64,000 bases of DNA, taken from assembly GCA_964604675.1 (NCBI GenBank), contig CAZSAT010000010.1, positions 10,771-74,770 of the forward strand, given 5' to 3'. Shown piece after piece: positions 40,665 through 48,083 of this stretch; within the stretch, counting starts at the first letter, position 1, and the number at the start of each line of letters is the position of its first letter. Below the pieces are notes generated by a model. That model ran no database searches. It was not told the DNA's origin and saw only the letters and a list, made by a program, of their open reading frames with translations. The DNA comes from an uncultured Enterobacterales bacterium (GTDB lineage Bacteria; Myxococcota_A; UBA796; CAJQPC01). A program made the translations under genes and the position numbers.

Positions 40665-42359
40665 GTGCCCGTGCTGTTCGCGCTGACCGCCTGTGCATGG
40701 CTCACACCGGCCGACCTCGCCGCGAGGTTGGAGCGTGACTCCGACCAGCCGGGCGGGGACACCGCGGGCTCCGACACCGCGTCGGTCGACTCGGACTGTG
40801 CGACCACCTGGTACGCGGACGTCGACGGCGACCAGTACGGTGACGAGTCCAGCCCCACCGAGGCCTGTGAACAGCCGGACGGCCACGTGGCCGAGGGGGG
40901 CGACTGCGACGACTCGGCCGACTCCGTGAACCCCGATGGCGTGGAGGTCTGCGGGAACGGTGTGGACGAGAACTGCCTCGGCGGTGATCAGCTCTGCCTG
41001 GAAGGCGAGCGCGAGATCCACGCGATGGGCACGCTCTATGGGGGGGCGAGCACAGGGGATCAGGCGGGCTTCTGGGTTCGCGCCGGGGACTACGATGCCG
41101 ACGGACAGGAGGACTGGGTGACCTCCGCGCCCTTCTCCGATGCCTCCGGCGCAGATGCCGGGGCGGTCTACGTGATGGACGGCACCCTGCAGGCAGCGGC
41201 GCCGCTCGCCGGCGAAGCCCTTGCGGCCTTCGTGGGCGGCGAGGCCGGCGACTTCCTCGGGCACGACGTGGCCTTCACGGGCAGCTTCGACGCCGACTGC
41301 GACAGCCTGGCCTTCGGCGGTCCAGGCCACGTGTACGGGAGCAACGAGTACGCGGGCTATGCCGGCATCCTCGACTGCGGACTGCTCGGGAACTACGACC
41401 TCGGCACCGGCGCAGTCATCGCGTACGGCTTCCAGCACACCGAGATCGGGGTGGGGCTGGGGAACGCGCTGGCCGGCGGCCTGGACTACTCGGACCACCC
41501 GGCTCGGACCGACGACCTCGCCATCGGTGGCCCGGGCTACGACGGTCGGGGCGCGGTCTGGGTCGTGTTCAGCGAGGAGACCAACCCCGGCACCTACGAC
41601 CTCGGTGCCACGGGGCTGAGCGTGCGCTACGACGGGGACAGCCTGGGCGACTACGCCGGCTACGCGGTCGGCAACCTGGCCGACCACACCGGCGACGGCT
41701 TCGACGATCTCGGCGTGGGCGCCACCGGCGCCACCGGCACCGAGGCTGGCAAGGTGCACGTCGTCGCCGGCGGAGCCTCCTCCACCGGTGTGGCGTCGCT
41801 CTCGGATGCGACCCTCACCCTGCACGGTGAACGGGACGGGGACCAGCTCGGCTACATCGTCGAGAACCTCGGGGACCTCGACGGCGACGGCTTGCCGGAG
41901 TTCGCCACCAGCTCCATCGACGCCGAGAACGACGCGGGCGTGGTGTACGTGATCCGTGGCACGAACCGCGACCGCGCCTTCGTGGGCTACGCGGCCATCG
42001 AGAAGTACGCGCTGGGCACCATCCGTGGCCTGGACGACGAGGGGCGCTTCGGCACGTCGGCCGCGGCCGTCGACATCGAGGGCGACGGGCAGGCCGAGCT
42101 GCTGGTGGGCGCCACCGAGGAGTGGGCGCAGTCGGAGCGTGGCGGCGCAGTGTACGTGTTCCACGACCTCGGCGCCGGCACCTGGAGCGCGTCGGATGCG
42201 TCGGCCATGGTCTACCGCGACCAGAGCACGGGCATCTTCGGCTCCAGCCTGGCCGAGGTCAGCACGCCGGCCGGCGGCTCCCGGCTGCTGATCGGGAACA
42301 TGAACGAAGACGGCGAGGCCTCAGGCTCCGGCGGCGTGTGGGCCGTGCCGCTCTACTGA
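40665..42359 (+). CDS. lipoprotein with an N-terminal MopE-like Cys motif followed by FG-GAP (integrin-alpha-like) repeats
   Basis: A lipobox (MPVLFALTACAWL), then CATTWYADVDGDQYGDESSPTEACEQPDG...GDCDDSADSVNPDGVEVCGNGVDENC, which has a MopE-type 'putative metal-binding motif' pattern. Multiple FG-GAP-like units follow (GDYDADGQEDWV, DHTGDGFDDLGVGA, DLDGDGLPEFA, DIEGDGQAELLVGA). Confidence 0.65.
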   Translation: MPVLFALTACAWLTPADLAARLERDSDQPGGDTAGSDTASVDSDCATTWYADVDGDQYGDESSPTEACEQPDGHVAEGGDCDDSADSVNPDGVEVCGNGVDENCLGGDQLCLEGEREIHAMGTLYGGASTGDQAGFWVRAGDYDADGQEDWVTSAPFSDASGADAGAVYVMDGTLQAAAPLAGEALAAFVGGEAGDFLGHDVAFTGSFDADCDSLAFGGPGHVYGSNEYAGYAGILDCGLLGNYDLGTGAVIAYGFQHTEIGVGLGNALAGGLDYSDHPARTDDLAIGGPGYDGRGAVWVVFSEETNPGTYDLGATGLSVRYDGDSLGDYAGYAVGNLADHTGDGFDDLGVGATGATGTEAGKVHVVAGGASSTGVASLSDATLTLHGERDGDQLGYIVENLGDLDGDGLPEFATSSIDAENDAGVVYVIRGTNRDRAFVGYAAIEKYALGTIRGLDDEGRFGTSAAAVDIEGDGQAELLVGATEEWAQSERGGAVYVFHDLGAGTWSASDASAMVYRDQSTGIFGSSLAEVSTPAGGSRLLIGNMNEDGEASGSGGVWAVPLY

Positions 42360-42363
42360 GCGC

Positions 42364-43116
42364 TCACTCGAAGCGGTAGGCGGAGCCGGCGGTGCACGGG
42401 TAGGCCGCCACCTTCTGGTCGACGAGCTGGTCGACGAGCGGGGTGAGCAAGCGTGTGCGCAGGCTGAGCTGCTCGCGCATCTGGTTGACGAGATCGACCA
42501 GGAGCACCACCTTGCCGCCGAAGCCGGGCAGGTGTTCGAGCACCGCGGCCTCCTCGTCGTAGTCGGAGCCGCACAGGAGCCAGTCCGCCCCCTGGTACCT
42601 GCGCTGGGCCATCTGGATCCAGGAAGGATCCGCCCCGCTGTGGAGGCTGCAGCCGAGGTGGACGAGTCGCCGACCATCGGGGAAGGTGAGCTGCCAGACC
42701 AGGGGGGCGCCGCCTCGCGGGAGGCTGGTGCGCCGGGCCATGCGCCGACCGGCGCGCAGGGGACGGCGGAGGGCGGCGCCGACCTTACGGAGCGCCTCGG
42801 TGGGGGTGGCCCAGGGGATCGGCTGGTAGGGCTCGGCCTCGATCTGCACGCCATCGATCCGGACAGGCGCTTCGTGCGCCGTGAGCGCGCTGCGCCCGAG
42901 CCAGTCGAGCACGGACTCGCAGGCGACCACCTCGGGCGTGGCCTTGTCGCGCACGGCGCGCTCCACGCCGATCGAGCGATCGCAGTCGTACCAGCTGACC
43001 AGCGCCACGTCGTCGCCTGGAGGCTCCGCGGGATCGAAGACGAAGCTTCGACCCGGCCGATCGAGGTGGATGGCGGCCCCGCCGAGGTGGGTGATGCGCA
43101 GGTTCCAGAGGCTCAC
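42364..43116 (-). CDS. MBL-fold metal-dependent hydrolase-like protein (UPF0173-like)
   Basis: MSLWNLRITHLGGAAIHLDRPGRSFVFDP resembles the N-terminus of the YtkL/UPF0173 family. Assignment is weak. Confidence 0.4.
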   Translation of the reverse strand: MSLWNLRITHLGGAAIHLDRPGRSFVFDPAEPPGDDVALVSWYDCDRSIGVERAVRDKATPEVVACESVLDWLGRSALTAHEAPVRIDGVQIEAEPYQPIPWATPTEALRKVGAALRRPLRAGRRMARRTSLPRGGAPLVWQLTFPDGRRLVHLGCSLHSGADPSWIQMAQRRYQGADWLLCGSDYDEEAAVLEHLPGFGGKVVLLVDLVNQMREQLSLRTRLLTPLVDQLVDQKVAAYPCTAGSAYRFE

Positions 43117-43138
43117 CTCCTGCGGCTAACCTCTCCGG

Positions 43139-44626
43139 GTGCTGTGCAGCCTGCTGATGGTCGTCCACGCCTCCGATACCGGACTGGCGGGCCTCGACGC
43201 GCTCGACCTCGTGCGGGTGGACGACCCCGATCATCCCGACGCCATCGCGCGCTCGGCGACCGGTGCGGTGCTGTCCGCGCCGCCCGAGTCCGGATCGTGG
43301 TCGCGCGAGGTCGTGCCCGGCGTCGACGCCTACCAGGCCCACGAGGCGGTCACGGCGATCGCCGCAGAGCCCTGGCACGAGGCGGGGTTCACGGGGGCCG
43401 GGGTGTCGGTCGCCGTGTTCGATCTGCAGTGGTTCGGCAGCGACCTGGTGCCCGAGGAGCTCGGCGACGTGGCCACGTGGGACTGCTGGGCGCACGCGAG
43501 GTGCACGGTCGAGATGGACAACCTGCGGCCGCGCTTCGCCTACGAGAACGGGAACCACGGGGTGGCCTGCGCCGAGGTGGTTCGCGACCTCGCGCCCGAC
43601 GCGGATCTCCACCTGGTGAGGGTGAACGGGCGCACCACCTTCGAGAACGCCGCCGCCTGGGCGATCCGCGAGGGCATCGACGTGGTGTCGATGTCCCTGT
43701 CGTTCTACGCCGACAGCTTCCACGACGGCACGGGTCCGGTGAACGCCATCGCAGAGGATCTGGCCGACGCGGGCGTGCTCGTGACGGTGAGCGCCGGGAA
43801 CTCCGCGCGTGGACACTGGCAGGAGCGCTTCTCCGACGCCGATGCGGATGGCCTGCACGGCTTCCCGTGGGGATCCGAGTACCTGCCGATCTATCTGGAG
43901 GCCGGGGGCACCCGGAAGATCACCGTGATGTGGGACGAGTTCGGTCGCTGCGGCGAGACCGACCTCGACGTGCGGGTCTACCGTGGCGATGGCGCCCTGC
44001 TCGATCGCTCCGAGGGCGTGCAGGCGGGTGGGAGTGGGTGTGAGCCGGTCGAGCGCGTGAACCCCCAGGTGGACGACGACGGCTGGGTCTACCTCCAGAT
44101 CGAGCGGGTCGCCGGGGGTGGTGACGTCCGCTTCGACGTGCTGACCCGCGCCGGGGACGTGTACCAGTCCATGGCCGGTGGCTCCACGGCGGACCCGGCG
44201 AGCCACCCGGGGTCCTGGACTGTCGGGGCGGTCGCGGGCACGGGGTACCTGGACAACGGAGCGGAGTCGTTCTCGTCGTATGGGCCGACCAACGGCGGCG
44301 AGCCCAAGCCCGACATCGCGGCCCCCGACGGGGTGAGCGGCAGCGCCTATGGCGCACGGGGCTTCTACGGCACCTCGGCCTCGGCGCCGGTCGCGGCGGC
44401 CGCTGCCGCTCTGGTGCTCAGTCGGTACGAAGGGCTGACCCCGCGCGAGGCGGCGGACAAGCTCGAGAGCTGGGCGATGAGCGATGGCGCCGTGTTCGAG
44501 GGCCCTGACCAGGCCTACGGCGCGGGAAAGCTCCGCCTCCCCCCGCCCGACGCGAGCGGAGGCTGTGGCGCCGGTCTGTTCTACGCCGTGCTGCTGCTGC
44601 CCCTTGGCGTGCTGGGCCGCCGATGA
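43139..44626 (+). CDS. S8 (subtilisin-like) serine peptidase with a MYXO-CTERM-type C-terminal sorting tail
   Basis: Catalytic residues sit in VSVAVFDLQW (Asp), NGNHGVACAEV (His) and YGTSASAPVAAAAAAL (Ser). The C-terminus SGGCGAGLFYAVLLLPLGVLGRR has a GC, a hydrophobic helix and an Arg tail, like the MYXO-CTERM signal. Confidence 0.8.
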   Translation: MLCSLLMVVHASDTGLAGLDALDLVRVDDPDHPDAIARSATGAVLSAPPESGSWSREVVPGVDAYQAHEAVTAIAAEPWHEAGFTGAGVSVAVFDLQWFGSDLVPEELGDVATWDCWAHARCTVEMDNLRPRFAYENGNHGVACAEVVRDLAPDADLHLVRVNGRTTFENAAAWAIREGIDVVSMSLSFYADSFHDGTGPVNAIAEDLADAGVLVTVSAGNSARGHWQERFSDADADGLHGFPWGSEYLPIYLEAGGTRKITVMWDEFGRCGETDLDVRVYRGDGALLDRSEGVQAGGSGCEPVERVNPQVDDDGWVYLQIERVAGGGDVRFDVLTRAGDVYQSMAGGSTADPASHPGSWTVGAVAGTGYLDNGAESFSSYGPTNGGEPKPDIAAPDGVSGSAYGARGFYGTSASAPVAAAAAALVLSRYEGLTPREAADKLESWAMSDGAVFEGPDQAYGAGKLRLPPPDASGGCGAGLFYAVLLLPLGVLGRR

Positions 44627-44663
44627 TCGAGCTTCGCGGTACGCTGGGCGCTGTGGAGGTCCG

Positions 44664-46967
44664 ATGACGCTGCTCTTCGCTGTGCTCGCATGCAAGGGCG
44701 ACGACGGCGGTTCTGGGTTCGAGCTCGAGCTCTTCGAAGACGCCCACCTCCCCGAGAGCGTCACACCCGCTTCGGCCGTGGGCTTCGGCGCGCTCAGCAT
44801 CCCGGTGCGCGTGGTGAACGCCTACGGCGCCTCGGTCGGTGGCGACAGCGTCACCGTCGAGCTGTCGGGGCCCGGGCTGGGCACCAGCTCGCAGACCCTG
44901 GACCCCGACGCGCTCGGCCTGGCCGTCGCCGTGGTCGGCGAAGGAGCCGCCCAGGCGGTGACCGCCACCGTCACCGGCTCCTCGTATGGCAACAGCGATC
45001 CCGTGGACAGCTACCTGTTGGGCCCCGGCCGGTCGCTCGATCTGCTGCCCTCGTTCCTGCTCGAAGGCGAGCCGTCGCATCTCGTGGCCGCGCCCGGTGG
45101 CATGGGCGTGGTCATCGGCTCCGAGGTCTGGTGGCAGCCCGCCGTGGTGGGAGCTGCGCCGCAGCGCATGCTGTCGGTGCCGTCGGAGCTCGAGGGCGCG
45201 TGGGGCTCCGACCTCGATCAGGACGGGGCCACCGACCTGGTCGTCTGGAACGCCGAGGCGGTCTACCTCCTACGCGGTCACGGGTCCGGAGGCTACGCCT
45301 GGGGCGCTGGCTTCCAGCCCACCACCGGCGCCATCACGTGGGTCGCCGTGGGCGACGTGGACGACAACGGCGTGCGCGACATCGCCGTGGTCTACGAAGC
45401 GTCGGGCGTGACCGGGGTCAGCACGCTCCTCAACGACGGGCTGTGGCGCTTCACCGCGCGCTCCAACCTCGAGCTGACCGCCGACCCGATCGTGTCGGCC
45501 GCAGTGGGACGCTTCGCGCCCGAGGGCGCGTCGGGGCTCGCCGTACACACCTCCTCCGGCAACATCGATCGCTACGGCTGGATCGACGGCCGCTGGGTGA
45601 GCCAGGGCCAGGACCTGTCGGTGAAGCTGAGCAACGGGCTGTTGATGCCGTCGCACGACCTGAACGGTGATCTGGTCGACGAGCTCGTGCTGGTGGCCCC
45701 CGACGACGGCACCGAGGCGGCGCGCGATCTGCTCCTCATCGACATGAACGACGGTCCTCGCACCTACGCGCTGGCCTACGAGAGCTTCCACATGACCTTC
45801 GCCGACCTCACGGGCGACCTGGTCGACGACCTCGTGATGGTGGACCGCGGCTCGGATGGCCCCCGTGTGGGCGTGATCACGCAGAGCGACGCGGGCTTCA
45901 ACCACCGCACCCTGGCGCTGCTCCGCGACACGGGCCCGGTGGCGGCTGGACGGTTGGAGTCCAGCGACCTGCTCGCCGATGTGGCCGTCGGTCTGGACCA
46001 CCTGCAGCTCTTCCCGGGCGCCGAGAACGAGAGCGGCTGGACCCTGGCGGAGCCCTCCTACACCAGCTGGGCGACCGACGCCTTGGCGCCGGTCCGCGTG
46101 GGCGACTGGGACGCGGACGGAGTGGCGGAGGTCCTCACCGTGAGAGAGCGCGACGACGGCGACGGCGAGGCCGCGGCGCTCACGCGCCTCGCGTTCTCCT
46201 ATGACCCTCACAGCGGGGAGCTGGGCCTCATCCACCAGGACTCCGTGGTGGTCGATGGGGTCGACCCGGACGCCACGGCGGTGGGCCTCGATCTGGCCAT
46301 CTGCGACGACCGCGCCTGGTTGCTGGTCGACGATGGCGGGCAGAGCGTCCTGTACGGCGTCGCGCTTCAGGGGCACGGCTACCTCGACGCGGTCGCGGAT
46401 CCTGTCGCCCTCTCCGGCCAGGACCTGGTGGCCTGCGGGCTCTTCGAGGACGGGGACGTGGCGGTCTCCGGCGAGGACGGCGACGTGGACATCTACGCCT
46501 TCGGCGAGTCCGACGAGCCCCTGGGCGGGGCCACCCTCGGAGACGTGTTCGACATCGTCGGGCAACGGGCGGATGGCGAGCCGGCCCAGGTGGTCGGCTG
46601 TGCGACCGCCGGCTGCAGCGTGCACGTGGTCGACCTCGACGGCGACGGCACCGAGGAGCTCGTGAAGGGTGGGGAGTCGCTCGAGGTCGAGGCCTTCGGA
46701 ACCACCTGGACCGCGGCGGTCTCGGGGGTCGCCGGATCGCTGGACATCGACGGCGACGGCCAGCGCGATGCCAGCGTGACCGACCTCGCCCACGGCGACA
46801 TCGCCGTGTTGGCCACGCTCGCGGGGGGCCTGGGCCCTGTGCTCATCTACCGGTGGGAGCGGGAGGTCGGTGGACCGCTCGGCCTGGTGGACATCGACCG
46901 GGACGGGTCACCGGAGGTCGTCGCCGAGGGCGTGAACGGCTCCCTGGTGCACACCCCGGTCGACTGA
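44664..46967 (+). CDS. large FG-GAP/VCBS-like repeat lipoprotein (767 aa)
   Basis: ATG at 44664 with ggaggt upstream and a lipobox (MTLLFAVLACKG). Repeated DxDxDG loops follow (DLDQDGATDLVVW, VGDVDDNGVRDIAVV, DLNGDLVDELVLV, DLTGDLVDDLVMV, GDWDADGVAEVL, DLDGDGTEELV, DIDGDGQRDASV, DIDRDGSPEVV). Confidence 0.6.
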   Translation: MTLLFAVLACKGDDGGSGFELELFEDAHLPESVTPASAVGFGALSIPVRVVNAYGASVGGDSVTVELSGPGLGTSSQTLDPDALGLAVAVVGEGAAQAVTATVTGSSYGNSDPVDSYLLGPGRSLDLLPSFLLEGEPSHLVAAPGGMGVVIGSEVWWQPAVVGAAPQRMLSVPSELEGAWGSDLDQDGATDLVVWNAEAVYLLRGHGSGGYAWGAGFQPTTGAITWVAVGDVDDNGVRDIAVVYEASGVTGVSTLLNDGLWRFTARSNLELTADPIVSAAVGRFAPEGASGLAVHTSSGNIDRYGWIDGRWVSQGQDLSVKLSNGLLMPSHDLNGDLVDELVLVAPDDGTEAARDLLLIDMNDGPRTYALAYESFHMTFADLTGDLVDDLVMVDRGSDGPRVGVITQSDAGFNHRTLALLRDTGPVAAGRLESSDLLADVAVGLDHLQLFPGAENESGWTLAEPSYTSWATDALAPVRVGDWDADGVAEVLTVRERDDGDGEAAALTRLAFSYDPHSGELGLIHQDSVVVDGVDPDATAVGLDLAICDDRAWLLVDDGGQSVLYGVALQGHGYLDAVADPVALSGQDLVACGLFEDGDVAVSGEDGDVDIYAFGESDEPLGGATLGDVFDIVGQRADGEPAQVVGCATAGCSVHVVDLDGDGTEELVKGGESLEVEAFGTTWTAAVSGVAGSLDIDGDGQRDASVTDLAHGDIAVLATLAGGLGPVLIYRWEREVGGPLGLVDIDRDGSPEVVAEGVNGSLVHTPVD

Positions 46968-47000
46968 CGGGTTAAGCCGGCCGCCGTCCCAGGAGGACCG

Positions 47001-47963
47001 ATGGCCGAGCGGATCTTCGTCACAGGCGCGACCGGGCGCATCGGACGCCCCCTGTGCGCAACCTTGGTGGCAGCCGGGCACAGCGTGGCCGGTCTCTCCC
47101 GCGACGACGAGGGCGAAGCCGCGCTTCGGGCGCTGGGGGTCGACACGATCCGTGGCGATCTGTCGGACACGGAAGCTCTTCGCCGTGGCATCGAGGGCGC
47201 CGATCGCTTGATCCACCTCGCCGGCGGCGTGCGCGGCCGGCAGGGTGAGTCCGCCGCGGAGCTGAACACCGAGGGGACCCGGCAGGTGCTCGAGGTCGCC
47301 CGCACCTCGCCCGCGTTGAAGGCCTTCGTGCTCGCATCGACCTGTGCCGTGTATGGCGATCGGTCCTGGCTGTGGGTGGAGGAGGACTTCCGCCCGTCGC
47401 CGAACACGGAGTACGGCGCGTCGAAGGTCAAGGCCGAGCAGCTCGTGCTCGACGCCTCGGCCGAAGGGCTGCCGGGCGTGATCGCGCGGATCGCCGCGGT
47501 CTACGGCCCGGAGTTCCCGTTCACGATGGCCGAGCGCATGCAGCGTGGTGTGGCATGGCTTCCGGGCGAGGGCGGCAACTGCATCCCGCTCGTGCACGTG
47601 GACGACTGCGTGAACGCGCTCATCCTGCTCGCCGAGAAGGGCCAGGCCGGTGAGATCTACCACGTGGCCGATCGCTCTTCTCCGGCGCTCAGGGACTTCT
47701 ACAAGGAAGTCCACGGGCACGTGGGCGGCGAGATGGTCAACTTCTGGTCGACCTGGATTCCGAGCGCCGTGCAGTTCTACCTGGCGCGCAAGAACGACGA
47801 CATCAAGACCAGGCTGGGCAGAAAGCCAAGGTTCACACCCGATAATCTGCGACTCTTCACCAACTCGGTGAGGCTCAAGACCGACCGTCTGGAGCACGAG
47901 CTGGGCTTCCGTTGGCGCTACCCCGACTTCGTCGAGGGCGTGCGTGCGTCGTTCGGCGGCTGA
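47001..47963 (+). CDS. NAD-dependent epimerase/dehydratase (SDR family)
   Basis: MAERIFVTGATGRIGRPLCATLVAAGHSV (Rossmann GxxGxxG), and a YxxxK active site in YGASKVKAEQ. Confidence 0.8.
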   Translation: MAERIFVTGATGRIGRPLCATLVAAGHSVAGLSRDDEGEAALRALGVDTIRGDLSDTEALRRGIEGADRLIHLAGGVRGRQGESAAELNTEGTRQVLEVARTSPALKAFVLASTCAVYGDRSWLWVEEDFRPSPNTEYGASKVKAEQLVLDASAEGLPGVIARIAAVYGPEFPFTMAERMQRGVAWLPGEGGNCIPLVHVDDCVNALILLAEKGQAGEIYHVADRSSPALRDFYKEVHGHVGGEMVNFWSTWIPSAVQFYLARKNDDIKTRLGRKPRFTPDNLRLFTNSVRLKTDRLEHELGFRWRYPDFVEGVRASFGG

Positions 47964-48003
47964 CCGCCGCGACGCCCCCCGGCCACCGACCTGCTCGTCC
48001 GGG

Positions 48004-48032
48004 TTGACCCTGGGTGGGGGCAACCCTTATAA
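48004..48032 (+). promoter_or_regulatory. sigma-70-like promoter candidate (TTGACC, 17 nt spacer, TTATAA) overlapping the palindrome CCTTATAAGG
   Basis: -35 TTGACC at 48004-48009, a 17-nt spacer, then -10 TTATAA at 48027-48032. This is an unusually AT-rich patch in a 70% GC genome, 50 bp upstream of the gene at 48084. CCTTATAAGG (48025-48034) is a perfect 10-bp palindrome. Confidence 0.4.
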
Positions 48033-48083
48033 GGCAAGGACTTTTCTTACCGGTACGGGCAAGACTGCCCCGGAGCGATGCTC

